From NCBI GenBank assembly GCA_002245135.1, contig NGBS01000873.1, positions 248,001 through 312,000 of the forward strand: a stretch of 64,000 bases of DNA, in the 5' to 3' direction. Source of the stretch: Proteromonas lacertae (lineage: Eukaryota). Under the pieces are notes generated by a model. It saw only the letters and a program-made list of their open reading frames with translations. It had not been told where the DNA came from and ran no database searches. The position numbers were made by a program, and so were the translations under genes. The number at the start of each line of letters is the position of its first letter. Positions within the stretch are counted from its first letter, which is position 1. Positions 1-14,700 of this stretch are shown here, in pieces.

Positions 1-133
1 AATATGGTTTGGATGTACCATTCTTTATATATAAGTTATGGCCATTGGACTATAGAATGTAAATAAAATTACAACAAAATACAAGATAATCGACAGCATT
101 TTCTTCTATCATGCCACTTTCACATTTATGCAT
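1..133 (-). CDS. Tandem family copy 0, 5' part only (runs off the window)
   Basis: ATG at 133 gives a 17-codon exon 1 (MHKCESGMIEENAVDYL), then a phase-0 33-nt GT-AG intron (82..50) and SNGHNLYIK. This is the same exon-1 layout and orientation as the neighbouring paralogs. Confidence 0.6.
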
Positions 134-306
134 CTTCTATATCATTAAAAAATGAATTTAAAAAATTCAGTTATAAAAAACTCAAATCAAGCTCTTTGAT
201 ATTTTTTCATTTTAGATTATTAAGCAAAACACAGCAGTATATATGTACTTATATTGAAAATCATAATTTATAAATATTTAATAATCTATACAACTAACGA
301 TATACA

Positions 307-1603
307 TTATTCGATATTTTTCTCAGATTCTTCTTCTGGTGCGATTTTGTTCTTCGAAATGTTTCTATTGGGGAAAAAATGCTTGTTACTGCTGCATTTA
401 TGTTTAGTACTAACTGCATGACCAGAAAATGGATTATTTAAAGATTGTAATTGTGGGTTAATTGCAGGATAGCCACAACTCCTTGACGGTTTAGCTCTAA
501 ATCTCTGAAAACTTCCAAAACCACTTCTATTGCCAGATAACGCCGATCTTTCTGATTTATCACTCTTCATACTATACTTTGCATTATCATCTCTAAATGA
601 ACTTTTTCTACATGAATACCCAAATACTTGTCTAATCAAATACAGCATATCATCAAATGCTTTTTCACAATTTGTTAATGTGTAATAATCATAGTGGTAT
701 GGAGCTGGCCTTGCAGTAAAACACTTTCTTAATATTCTACCTAAACATGATTCTTTAGGAACCCTTAGCTTCTTTAGATCATCAATACTATTATGATCAT
801 AGAAAAACTTCATTCTGTTTTTAATAATTTCATAACTATCTTGTTTCATTGTTAAATCTATCAGGAAATCTCTATATGTATGCAAGAATTTATTAAAATC
901 AGGAGATTCTTGGAAGTAAGTGAGAAAATCTTTCATATAATACATTTGATCTGGACAATTACTCTCTTCGGCTGATTTTTTTAATACTTTTAATAAATCA
1001 CTATATTTCTCTTTATCTAAATAGTAAGTAGCAAAGAAATCATTTACTTGTTTCTAATCAATATGAGATTTATACTATATATATACCCTTGATATAAATA
1101 TATTGCTAAATATTTGACTCATCGATAGTAGTAACAATAGAAGATGTTTTGTATTGAAAAAAACGAAACAACACACCATTATAAAGAAATCTTCATACAT
1201 TACATCAGCTATAGTATTATATGATAATATAAATATACATTCTTTGAAAAACATTTTTACTATTCCTCTATTTTCTGTTGGAAATAGTTCAATCAGCCTT
1301 GGAAGTGGTATGAAGTAATTTCTGGGTTCTAATGACCATAGTCTTAAATAAGGCTCATGTATCATATTTATTTCATAATTGTTCACTATAAATATATATA
1401 ATTATCAGATATACAAAACAAAAGTTCAGCCATATGATATGACGTAACTGCTAAAGGTAAAAAAGTGCCATTTTCTTTACATGCAGTCTTTTTAAATTCT
1501 TCATATGCTTTGTTCTAGTGATTATAAACCATATGGTTAATACTAAAATCAGCTGTAAATTAGTCTCCAGCACAAGTGCCTCTGCATCCGATGTATGGGA
1601 CAT
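307..1603 (-). CDS. Tandem family copy 1: degenerate EF-hand (calcineurin B/NCS-like) protein
   Basis: Five exons with GT-AG introns 1543..1515, 1414..1386, 1238..1209 and 1086..1054 restoring one frame. Family motifs FLPL, NNYEI..I...YLxLW, SNIFIS, PKESC..R..FT..PAPYHYDY and C-terminal KIAP. Confidence 0.85.
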
Positions 1604-1761
1604 TAAATAATTAAAATATTATAAATATTAATATTTGTCTTATTTTAGAGTTATTTTTGAAAAATTAATTTAATTAAATGTAACGAATATATTGAGGAAT
1701 ATTTTTTTAATGATTATCCCAAATACTCACATATACATTAACAGAACGAATTAAATGATAT

Positions 1762-3263
1762 TTAAACAATCACAGGTGTGTTATTAATTGATTCTTCTAT
1801 GGGAAAAACCTGAGTACTATGTAATTTACTCTTTCTAGAAGGATTATTAGGGTTACTATCTAAAAAAATGTTATTACCATTATTAGTCAATCTTAACGAG
1901 AAATGTGAAGGAGATTGTAACTGATACAGCTTCTCCGATTTCTTAATAATCACTGATTTACTATTTAACGAACGATTTATGAACTGAGGTGATAAAGATG
2001 GTCTATTATGAAAACTAGTTCTTCTAATCTCACAATTATTGAACATCTGTTTAATCGAACAAATTATTTTGTCGAATGACTGTTCTGTAGGATTATCAAT
2101 ATGATAATCATAACAATAAGGAGGAGGATAATTAGTGAATAACACTCTAACTATATATTGTAAACAAGATTCACTAGGAATCTTACTATTATTATTATTA
2201 ATCAATTTATTGTTTAATTCACCATTACTGTTGTTGTTGTTGTTGTTTATATCGTGTAAGGAAAGTCTATTATTATTATGTCTACTTATATTCGATTGCA
2301 TTGCACTGCTTGTCATTATGGACAATTCAGATATTCCTATCTTTGAATCTTTCGTATCACCAGATGTTGTAACGGATAGTGTAGCATCTTGATGTTCTAT
2401 GATGTTTTGATTGGATGAGATACGTACTGTGGCACTACTATATATATAATTAATCCTTTTAATGATCCGCTCATAAACTGGGAAGGTAATGGTGAAATTA
2501 ACTAGAAGTGATCTAAATGTCTCTAAATAGGAAAAGAACACTCTAGAACTACAGAAATATTCTATAAAGTCTTTTAATAAATAAGAATCAGGTGGACAAC
2601 TATATATAAATAAAATAATTAGATTATACTGATCACAAGTTATTTTAGAGGATGACAATATACTTATTAAATCACCATATGATTCTGTACTAAAACCATA
2701 ATTACGAAAAAACATATTAATTTGATTTCTTGATATAAATAAATTACTGCTAATCCTACACATCGAAACCATTAGGGCGATGATGTGTGACGGTTTAAAA
2801 AATATAAAAACACATGTAAACACGAAATATAAATCATATTGTATACCATCTTCTATTGATTTAATTAAATTTTGAATAATTTTATACTGTTAGAGAAGAA
2901 TTGTTTGATCAATCCACTATACTGAGATGGGAAATGGGAGACATATTTTTCTATTGGTATAAATTTGTTCTTAGGCTCTAAGATCCAAATCTCTAGAAAT
3001 GAACGATAGAATTGGTTAACCTCGAAATTATTAACTAGATTAAATAATAACAATATAATATCAATACGAAACAGAGTGGAAGCTATTGAAAAAGACACAC
3101 TTTCTAATGGCAGGAATAAGGTGTGTGGTTTACTATCACCTCTCTTTTTCATATTTTCATATGCTTCATTCTAAAAAATAATTACATAAAATCACTATAC
3201 CAACATAATCGTTGAGTCATTCTTTGCTTTATTCAGTTGCGACGAGTTAACTTGTATACTCAT
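1762..3263 (-). CDS. Tandem family copy 2, with a ~70-aa Ser/Asn-rich insertion
   Basis: ATG 3263; introns 3200..3171, 3067..3035, 2887..2853 and 2629..2600; motif PSESC...LFTNYPPPYCYDY; C-terminal QVFP. Confidence 0.85.
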
Positions 3264-3408
3264 TTATTATATTATAATGTTAATTAAATTAATTTATGTA
3301 GTAAATATAAGATGTAATAGAAAAATCTAATCGAAAAGTGAAACAGCTTGGCTTGAGACGAACAGTTTTATTTAAAAACAAAAAATTCAATCAATAAATA
3401 ATATATAA

Positions 3409-4637
3409 TCACTTAGTTTCATGAACAGGTAATACTTGAATACTACGTCTCTTACTATTCACAGTTTCAGGACTTACGTTCTTCGAAAGAATTTGTAAGG
3501 ATTTTACACTAGTACGATGATTGATAGTGGGTGTACTTCTCACCATATTCGAATATATCAATGAATTTCTTTTAGAAGTTGACACTGGCTTTTCAATCAT
3601 ACTAAGTTGAATCATTCTGTTTAAATCATTTTGAGATATATCAGGACTTTTATAATAACTAATCATTCGGTCTTTTTCCTTTTTCTCTTTATAAATATTT
3701 ATAAATCTGTCTCTTAATACACTAATTATTTCACTCAGAGCATAGAGAGCTGGATCAGTTGTACCATACTCTGAATAATACGGTTTTGGAAGACCATTCA
3801 ACTTTCTACTTACACATGAAAAGCAACCTTCCTTCGGATATGATGTGCAATTAGGATTAGTATAAAAATAATTACATTTTGCAATGATGGAATCATACAA
3901 ACCTCTACTCATTGTACACTTTATCAATTTCTTCCTAAATCCTTCGATATAATCTAAAAATCTCTTCGATTTGTTTAAATAAATTAAAAAATCAGTTAAT
4001 AAATAGGAATCTAAAGGACAATCTGGATCTTTTCTTCTTTCTACACCAAGTACTGCACACATCTCAACTAAATTATGATTAATTTCATATTCTGTGAATA
4101 ACTGACTGATTTCTTCAACTTTGATGTAATCTGAAGTAAATATATTTGTCATAGATAATAATAACAATGCAATATGAGAAATATCATAGAAAATAAATAT
4201 ACACACGAATATGAAATAACTCTCATAAGACATTTGATCTATTCAACAAAATTTACACTAGAATAATACTTGTATTGAAGAATTTAAATATTAAATGATT
4301 ATAATCTTTACCTATTTTCAACACAAACGTTAGAGTTGGAACATAATCTACAGATTTGTCAATACTCCACATTTTAAGGTAACTTTTATAAATAATGTTT
4401 ATATCATGATTATTTACTATATTATACAACATTATAAACGATAAATATACAGAATAGAGACTTTGCTACTAAATATGAGTTCTGCGGTAAAGGAAGCAGT
4501 AGACAATTCCAATTGTACATAATTTTATTCATTGAACGGTATGCTCCTTTCTATAAGCAAATCAATATCATAATTATAAATACTAACGAAGCCATGCCAA
4601 CACTAGCATTTATTTCATCATCATAATGCTGTGACAT
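3409..4637 (-). CDS. Tandem family copy 3
   Basis: ATG 4637; three short GT-AG introns at the conserved positions; variant motif PKEGC...PKPYYSEY; C-terminal QVLP. Confidence 0.85.
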
Positions 4638-4819
4638 GTTTGATTTATTTTTTTATTTGTTAGTTGTTCCAATAATTCAAAATACAATCTCATATAAAGC
4701 CGTTACATATTTTATTCTTATTTTTCACACAAAAACAATATAATAAATATGTATATTACAACTTAATTTAATAAATAATATCCATTTGTTAAATAAATAT
4801 TAATATTCAAATAAAACTA

Positions 4820-6095
4820 TCATTCTTTATGATCAGAATTATTCTGAATAACAGGAATTGTTCTTTTAAAGGATATAGCCGTCATTGGAGAGCCAGATGG
4901 CGATAAAAACATATTCCTTTTACTACTAGTATGTAAATTAGTCAAATTATTACTATTGATAGTTCGTTTATAAATACTGTTATTACTGTTACCTATTGAC
5001 TCATCTTTTGGACTTGGATTTGTAGGACAATTACTACTAAAACTGTTATGACTACTTTTCATAGATTGTTTCTTCATCAACAGTGATTTATGTTGTATAT
5101 TTACATTAGAGGATACTCTAGAACTTTGTCTAGCTCCATAACCATGACCTTGTCTCAAACTATAGATCATTTCGTCAAATAGTATGTTTTCAGGTGTACT
5201 AACACAATAATCAAAATGAAATGGTGGTGGATCATTTGTAAATAATTCCCTTAATATTAAGCTCTTACAACTTTCCTTGGGTATAGGTTTATTTACTGCT
5301 TCTGGATTTCGATAGAAATATTCTAATCTCATCTTTATATTATTATAAATTGTAGGATTTAACACAGTTGTAGATAATTTAAATTTAATTTCTTCAATCA
5401 TTGAGTTGAAATAATTGGAAGATTTCAAATACTTTATAAATTCCTTTAAATAATATGCGTCTTTTGTATCACTTAAAGCAGAGTTTGTCTGTGCTGATAA
5501 TACTGATATTAAATTACTGAAAGAGTCATTATTTAAGTAAAATCCATTTACAAATCTAGCTAACTGCTTAGTGGTGATAAATATATTACTGTGAATTTGC
5601 GTTAAAGACAAGAACAATAATATTAATCTATCCACATCAAAAAACAGAAATAGACAAACAAATTGAAAATAATCATCATAATAAATATCCGCTATTATTA
5701 TTATATAAAAATATATAATTATATATAATTATACAATCTTGAAAAAACATTCTTATTACTCCTTGTAACTTAAAAGGGTAAAAATTTAATAATTTCGCAC
5801 AGGGTATATATGTCTTTGATGGTTCAGTGTACCATATCTTCACATAAGACTGGAGAATTAAATCTATTTCTACATTGTTGACTAACAATATAAAATGATT
5901 TACTAAAACATACGGAATAAAATTTCACACATTCTTATACAAGGTTCATTCATCTGTATAAGTGTTTGTATGTAAAAACCTTTCGATCGTTTTGTAATTG
6001 AACGATATGCTGCTTGCTGCATACAATAAAATAATCATCTATACTAATGTATGTATGGAAGGATATGATAAAGAACCACGTACTTCTTGGGTCAT
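4820..6095 (-). CDS. Tandem family copy 4
   Basis: ATG 6095; three conserved introns; motif PKESC...LFTNDPPPFHFDY. Confidence 0.85.
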
Positions 6096-6245
6096 TTGTT
6101 ACTACACAACAGAATTAATCATTTATTAAATATATCAAAAAAGTGTAACGTATAAATTTCACCAACGCAAAAATCTTAAATCATTAAAAATAAAATAACT
6201 TAAACATATAAACTACAGGACGGTTAAAAAATGTAATGATCATTA

Positions 6246-7413
6246 CTATACAGTGGTTGTATTGTTGTTGTTTGAAGTAGGTAATACTTTATTACTCTTC
6301 AATTTCTTAATATCAGTGTACGAACCACTTACTTCTCTTTTCACATCTGAATCTGTACGATTGATATTATGTGATGATGGCTGTTGTGGAGGAGAAAAAA
6401 TACTCTTATGCACACTCCTATTAATACTATTCTTCGAATGAAGAAAAGACAAAACGGAAGATCCTTTTTTCGAACTTCGCCTAAATGAATAACCATAGAA
6501 CCTTCTTAATATCAAAATCATTTCATCATAACTGCTGGGAGAAGGAGAAGAGAGCTTAAAATCATAATGATAAGGAGGTGGTTCATCTGTAAATAATATT
6601 CGTGTTAAATGTGAACCACATGATTCTGATGGCGGAAATGGCTTTGTTCCATTGTAATAAAACTCCATACGCGTTAGTATTGAATGATATACTCTATATG
6701 TGAAAATAGAGTTAATTAATATATTTCTAAATTCAGATATAAATGTATTGAATGGTTGGGATTTTTTGAAGTAGTTTATAAACTCTTTGATGGGATATGA
6801 ATCTTGTTTGGAGTTTCTGTCCATCTTTTCGGTTAGCACAAAATATAGATCTTTGTAGGAAGCTTGATTTAGTGAAAATGATTTGAAAAACATTAATATT
6901 TGTTTCTATTTCAACATAATTAGATAGAATATACTTTTGTAATTAATATATTACTATGTATTTTACACATCGATAAAAATAAAGGGATTAAACGACTATT
7001 ATCAAAAAATGTAAACACACAGACAAAAATGAAGTAATAATTATAGTAAACTTCCTCTATAAAATAATATAATAACACAATATTATACTATCAAAAAAGA
7101 ATTTTCTAATAAAACCATGACAAGGAGTAGGAAAATAATATAGCAGCTTGCTACAAGGTACATAATTTGTCTGTTGTTCATTCATCCATATAAGCAAATA
7201 GGAACGTAGTATTAAATCTACTTCATAGTTATTCATGTATAAAGTTTGAGCCATTAAACTAGCAGTAGGAGTCAAAGGCAAATATGTTTGTAGGGTTTTG
7301 CGAATATGACCTCCTTTCATTAATGAATAAGCGTTTCTCTAAAACTATTAATATAACACAAATACCAAGCTATCTATAGATAAGTCAGGTGTAGTGGTAT
7401 CATCTTCCTCCAT
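6246..7413 (-). CDS. Tandem family copy 5
   Basis: ATG 7413; lacks family intron 2; motif PSESC...LFTDEPPPYHYDF; C-terminal NKVLP. Confidence 0.85.
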
Positions 7414-7621
7414 GGTTTAATTACAATTTCGTAAATGTAACTGAAACGATATCAAGCCTCAAATAAATAAAAGTTTCAAACCCCATAAAACTGAAAAAAA
7501 GAATCAACCATAAGACTGTTAATAATAACATGAAAAGTATTTAAACATGGTCATGAAGAATAAAAAAGAAGCAAAACAACAACATACACAAAATCAAATC
7601 AAATAAATAACTAAACTTAAA

Positions 7622-8802
7622 CTAATTACTTGGTAAATCAGAATCATTTATTGGATTTATTCTATTCTTAAAAAATGATCTGTGGGAATGTACTTCAGAA
7701 CTATTTTCTTCCATTGCTTTTGACAATCTTACACTTCCTTGTTTCATACTGCTACTTATTGATATATTACTATGTTTTACTCTCCTTTTCCACATACAAG
7801 AGCCAGAACTACGTCTATCAGAATATCCATAACTATATCTTATTGCATAAATCATATCGTTAAATGATTTCTTATTTAGAGATATTAATTTAAAATCATA
7901 TTTATAAGGCGGTGGAAGCTCTGTAAACAGTAATCGAGTTATACTGTCAATACATGATTCTTTAGGAGGGTCATATATTGAACATGAATAGTAGAAGATT
8001 ATTTTCTTTTTAATGATTTGATATACTTCATCTGATATTACATGCTGTATTATTGATGTTCTTAATTCACTTAAAAAATGATGAAAATTGTCTTTTGATA
8101 TAAAATAAGATTGAAAATCTTTTAGGTAATATCGATCAGTAGAAGAATCTTGAGGAATATCTACTTTCATTTTATCATATATATCAGGATAATCGTTATT
8201 ATCAAGATTAAAACATGAAAAAAAGTTCAACACTTGTGACTAATAAATATATAAATATTATATATATATATATACTGATGTAATAAACAAATTACTGTGA
8301 ATCTTTGATATTGAAAGTAAAACAGGAAAAATTAATTCAGTTTCAAAAAATGTAAACAAACAAATGAACAAAAAAAAAACATTATATCCTATGTCTTCTA
8401 TATTATATGAAATAAATATCATATGAATATACTTATATTATTGAAAAATGAACCTATTAACTTCGAAAATTTCTGTGGGAAGAGATATTGTATTTGTGTA
8501 CATGGAATTGTATCAGATGTTGGATGGCTTGTCCATATGACTAGAAATGATCGGAGAATTCTATTAACTTCGTAATGATTCACTATTTATTAACTAAAAT
8601 CATAAATATACATAACAACGTCTGCGCCATTAAATAACTTAACGTATTTAGGCTTATGTACTCTTTTGAACAACATTCTCTCGATAAAGTCTTTATGTTC
8701 TTCCAAGCCTTTCTCTAATACAAAAATTATAATTTATATTCATACCAGTTTTTTAACAGTTGAGCTATCTGCTGTATTACTCACCGTCTCAGCTAAAGGC
8801 AT
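7622..8802 (-). CDS. Tandem family copy 6
   Basis: ATG 8802; four conserved introns; motif PKESC...LFTELPPPYKYDF; C-terminal NRINP. Confidence 0.85.
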
Positions 8803-9000
8803 AAAAACATTAAAATTAATTTTGATCCGTTTTTGTTTGATGAATCGTCATTTCGACATTCTCATCGATTGAGAATGTATGAAAAGATAGTAATCACACA
8901 TACACAACAACAATAAACACAAATAAATAAATAAACTATTTATTTATAAATCCAAAACACTTACACAAAAAATATGGTATTTGTACAACATAAACAATAT

Positions 9001-10190
9001 TTACAAAACTGTGGGGGCAAGCTGACTAATTTTAGTAGGAATCATATGTGATTTCTTTGAACTATCATAAGAAGACGAATTAAACGAAATAATCCTCGAA
9101 TTAGCTGACAATGCTCTAGATCTATGTTTAATAGAACTACTACGAGCAGCAACATTATTCAATGATTCAGTACTTCCAGCTTCTCTTATTTTACATCCAA
9201 TTGCAGACAATTTCAGAGTTTTAGGTCTAGATGAATAACCGAATAATAATCGCAAAGTTCTAATACATTCATCAAAGGAAGAGAGTGTAGAATTAGCAGG
9301 ACGATAATCATAATGATATGGGGGTAGATCTTCAGTGAAAATTTTCCTACACACAAAATCAACACAGCTTTCTTTAGGAGGAATTGGGTTTTGAGGGTTG
9401 AGATAGTAATATTGATATCTTCGTATTAATATATCACACTTTTTTGATTTTAATACATGAGTTTTGTTATAAATAGCTAATTTATAGAAATAGGAGGTAA
9501 AACTATCATCATTCTTGATAAATATCAAAAATTCTCTAAGAGAGTAGTTATCTTCTGTGGATGATAAAAATTCATCAATATTGTCTGTTCTGTTGATATC
9601 ACTAGCTTTACTCAAAAATCTAATAACATCTTCGAATTCTTGGTTAGACATGTTGAACGTTTGTATGAAATGATAAATTTGTGACTTTGTAATAAATAAA
9701 TTGCTTTGAATTCCTGCAATTGATAATAGCAGAGGTAATAAATGATTTAAATCAATAAATGTGAATAAACATATAAATATAAAGTATTCAGATATGTATA
9801 TAGGATCTACAAAAGTTGATATATAAATAAAAATACGATCATCAAAAAAAGCCCTGATTAAATTTCTATAATCATCAGGATAAAGCAAAATTAACTTGGC
9901 ACAAGAAAAACTAGTACTAGTCTGCACGTTACTCCACATGTTTAAGAAAGAAGTCAATATATCATCAATCTCAGTTTCATTCACTAGATTAATAAAAAAA
10001 ATGCATAGATACTGTATAAACATTGAGCTATAGATAATGCGGCTGAATTAAGAGGAAGAAAATGCTGAAGGTGAGTTCCTATTAGTCCTTTCTGCAAGCA
10101 GTTGTACGCGTTCTTCTAAAATAATATATATCGATTGTATGAAAATACGTAATTAATAATAGATATATCATTATTATTAATGTCCTTCAT
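9001..10190 (-). CDS. Tandem family copy 7
   Basis: ATG 10190; three introns; motif PKESC...IFTEDLPPYHYDY; C-terminal QLAP. Confidence 0.85.
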
Positions 10191-10227
10191 TTAACTATGA
10201 ATTTCAAAATCATATGACGAACAAGAT

Positions 10228-10237
10228 TCAAGCTTGA
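10228..10237. promoter_or_regulatory. Palindromic TCAAGCTTGA, an instance of the recurrent upstream TCAAGC/GCTTGA motif
   Basis: Lies 38 nt upstream of the copy 7 ATG; half-sites recur upstream of about ten start codons in the window. Confidence 0.4.
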
Positions 10238-10371
10238 CGAGCTTATTCGTCATTTTTCTTTTTTTTCTTTTTCTGAATCTCTAAAGCAAACTTTCATTAC
10301 ACGATCTCTCATTTTAATTCTCAAATATCACATACCATATACACAATTATTAATATATTATATTATATATT

Positions 10372-10376
<5 letters not shown>

Positions 10377-10410
<34 letters not shown>
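10377..10410. repeat. (TA)n microsatellite
   Basis: About 17 TA units just 3' of family copy 8. Confidence 0.9.
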
Positions 10411-10414
<4 letters not shown>

Positions 10415-10435
10415 TTATATAAACATATATTTCTA

Positions 10436-11659
10436 CTATTCAGTAGCAACAATTGAATAAGGGTATATTTTAGATCCTTTTGCATGATAGGGGAGAATGG
10501 CATTATTACTGTGATTTAATGATGCCTTATTACTATTACTAGTATTATTCAAAGTCCTTAATCGAGAACTTGATAAATTTTTATTACTTTTTCTAACCAT
10601 TGAATTTCTTATAGAATTAAAAGAACTTGAACTTCTTAGTTTTGTAGGAGATTTTGAACCTCTTGAGTTAATTCCACTTATTCTATGTACAACTGTAAAA
10701 TTACCTTTTAACATCCTTATAAAGTCATCAAATACAGATATAGATAGATCTACAGGACAATAAGTAAATGAATATGGTTGCGGTTTATCAGTGAATAAAG
10801 TCCTTATAGTTCTGTCTATACAAGACTCCTGTGGCGCTCTTACACCGGGATATTGATAGAAAAAATTAATTTTCAGTTTAATTCCCTCAGCTATATCAAG
10901 AGAAAGGATGTGATAAGTGATATAAGTCTTAAATTCATTTAAATGATTACATAATGCATCTGAAGTCTTACAAAACTCAATAACATCTTTTAAATGATAA
11001 GTATCTTCAGAAAAACTATTTATTTAAATGTATTAATAAGATAATATATATACGATGATTCATGTTCTAAATTATTATAAAATTCTTTGAATTGTTTCAC
11101 CATTTCGTCAGGTAGGTTGTATGACTTTATAAATTTTAAAAACTGTTCCAATGTAATAAATATATTACTATAAACACGTGTCATGTAGAACAGTAGTGGG
11201 ACTAACTGCTCATATTGAAAGAAAGCAAAAACACATATAAAGGTAAAATAATCACTGTAATAGACGTTTTCTATACATTATAAGATTCAATGAAAATACT
11301 ATCACAAAAGTAATTTCTGACTAAAGAACGATATTTGTCAGGGAAGAAGTATAATAACTTACAACACGCTATGTAGTTAATACTTTGTTCATGCTTCCAG
11401 ATATTCAGATAGGACATTATAATATGATCAACTTCATATTCATTTACTAATAGAGCGTGAAAAAAGATCAATACAATAAAGTGCTTCTGCAACATCTAAA
11501 GCAATATAGCTAAGGGGTAAAAACTTTTGTAGGTGTTCAGTTTTTAAATTACGACACATTGTTGTTGCTAACATCTACAAATAATATGATATGTAATACC
11601 AACTGACTAGCAGGTATATCTGAGCTGTTACTCGATATAGACACCCTAGATGTCGCCAT
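10436..11659 (-). CDS. Tandem family copy 8
   Basis: ATG 11659; four introns, including 11053..11016; motif PQESC...LFTDKPQPYSFTY; C-terminal SKIYP. Confidence 0.8.
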
Positions 11660-11727
11660 TCTTCATGAAAACAAATTGATGTATAATGAAAAAGATTCGT
11701 TATTATTTTGAATTTTTTTTATAACTC

Positions 11728-11735
11728 AACAAACA
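11728..11735 (-). terminator. TGTTTGTT candidate 3'-end processing element
   Basis: Exact Blastocystis-type motif about 27 nt downstream of the GPCR stop; looser TG-rich tracts follow many other stops. Confidence 0.4.
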
Positions 11736-11761
11736 TAGCTATATAAAATAAAAATACTAAT

Positions 11762-14700
11762 TTAAAGATCATAACTTTCTATTGGAGTCTTTGTAGGGAA
11801 ATTATTTTTCTCCTCCTCTATAGATCCTTCAGGTGTAACTAATTGAGGAAGAACTATCACAGGTAACTTTGCAGCTGATCTTCTAGGCTCAATTGTGACT
11901 TTTCTGGAAGGTGCTCTACTTTTTGGTATTATACCAACACTATTCAAAGCTGATGATTTACGTTTATCTAATCTCATTGCAGCTGATACTTTAGAAGGAT
12001 CATCATAGAATGTATCTGGCATGGATATAGTACATATTCCAATATTACACACAACAAATATATCTGGTTTTAATCTAAATCTTCCTCTAGTTACACTTTT
12101 TTTAGCTATACTTCTTGTTTTTTTAGATGCGTCTGAATTATCACCTCCACTGGATGTACCAAACGTTGTACTAGCTAATACACTTGCGAATAAGGTAATC
12201 TTTGAAGCAAATTGTAAAGCTATTATACATATCACACCTAATTCAACTCCAATTCCTCTTAACATCATTAAAGTATCAGGTTGTTTAGCCATCATCAAAT
12301 TTAATGGTATTTCCAATATACCCAATACAATCATTACACCAATGATAGATGCTAATGTTTTAGATTCGTTGAATTCTGAGGATGCTTTTCTCGTTGACCA
12401 AGCTAGTTTTGCACCCCATAAAAACAACACTATTACTCCACCTATTTCTATAAATGTGAATATATCATTCTCACTACATTCTCTGATGTAAACATCTTCT
12501 AAAAAGTTTGAATAATCACTACTATATGTTTTTACATAAACTGCTGGATCTACCACCCACCAGATTACTAAATACACGCTTTGGACTACTTCAATTATTA
12601 ATATTATCCTAATTAACATCCAATTGGATATTTTCACTCTCTGTAGATCTTTATTGTTGAATAATTTATGAATTCTCCAAGCTTTACAGAATAATATACT
12701 GAATAAAAAGTCTACAGATAAAGCTAATACCCATACTCTACAAAAACATACTCCCCAATTTGGAACTAATGTAAATATAAATCCAGAAACACTTATCATT
12801 ATTAATGCAACTATTTCATATGATAAAAACAAAGGTGAAGATAACTTAATCATCTTTACTTCTCTGAATAAGTAAATACCAACTAATAAACAAAGACATA
12901 CTATTATCAATATTATCATCAATACTAAAACAACATATCTTAAAACAGTATTTGTTTCAAATAATACAAACTTTTTACCCATTTTACATTCATCATTTTT
13001 CATATAAGTAAGTTGTGGATCTGGTTTTATTTCTTTACCTTGTCCTGGATATACTTTTGATAATACGCCATTCAATGTCCTCATTATGAAGAATGATTTC
13101 TTTGCATGATTATTGTATGTAATTTCTAATTTACCATTGGGAGCTTCATATGATACATACTTCATACTCAATCTTAAATATTCTCTACTTGGAAATGCTG
13201 CAGCTGATGATACAGTTACTGTTGATGAAGATGATGAAGATGTGCTTTTTAATATACCTTCTTCATTAGCTGCATATTCTACACCTGCTTTCCATAAGAA
13301 TATTGTTGAATAACTTGATTCAAACATTTCATTCAATTCTATGGCATCTAAATACATTGAATTAACTGATTGTGCAAAGGCTTTAGCTGATGTAGATGTT
13401 GAACTATCTGAATAAGATGATGCTATATAACAACCACTAATTGATTGAATATTATCTTCACTCAGATCAGCAGAATCATAGTAAAACAATAAGTATATGT
13501 AAGTTGACATATCAACATTATTAGCCTTTAAACGATTGATAAATTCATTGGTACTTTTACCTGAAAATAGATTGATGTATGCTATATTTGTACCATATAA
13601 TATTCTATTACTAGCTAATGTCTGTAAAAGTGTTGGATAGGATCTATCATTAGTGGCAGCAAAGAAGAAATTACCAACATAATTAATACCATTTTCTTCA
13701 CTGTATCTACCAATAGCTTCAGCAATTACTGATGTTTGATTTTCATTACCACCAAATATATAAATGTTACTAATATCCATTTTCTTTAAATACTCAACTG
13801 CAGCTATTGCTTTTTGATTTACACTTGATCCTGTAGTGATTGTATATTCTGAACATATATTACCATCATCTCTGCCTAAATAAAAGAATGTTAAATCACT
13901 TCTTGCTCCACTTAAATATCTATTTACTTCATCTCTACATCTCGAACTCATACAACCAAATATTGATTTGGTTTGAGTTTCAGTTTGAATTGATCTTACT
14001 GTTGGATATATTTTATTGAATGTTAAGAAGTAATGATTTGGTATGATTTTCTTACCATTTACTCCGCCTTCATCATTTATTTCATCTATTGCCATATCTT
14101 GAATTAACAAATTTTGCTGTTCAGATTTACCACCAACATCAATTTCATGGATAAAGGCAATATATATTGGATCTTCATTGTATAAATCTGTTTTTTCAGT
14201 CTTCCAATCACATACATATCCTATATATTGACCTTCTAGTTGGTTATATACCCTTGATTCTACATATTTAGATGGCATCCAATTGACAAGTATTACATTG
14301 TTGTCTGTTATGTAACCACTGTATATATTCCTTCTAAATATATTATTCTTTGCTAATTCTATTGTTCCTGATGGAATATCAGTCTGGAAATCGTATAATA
14401 AACTCACTTCATTCACATCAATCGAGCTTGAAGCTTGACACATATTCTTCCAATACAATAACAATGCATAAGCACTTTCATATTGAGTTCTTATTCTCAT
14501 TTTATCACCTATATTTATATGTAATCCTTGTGCGAATGATGAAGCTAAAGTTGGTATAGTTACTGATGAATATGTCATATCCTTAAGTGATTCAAAGAAA
14601 CTACCAATTACTATATGACCTGCTAAATATTTTGATTGTAAATCATTGAAGATATTCTCATCAAATAATGTATTATATACTGTATATTTTGGATATGTCA

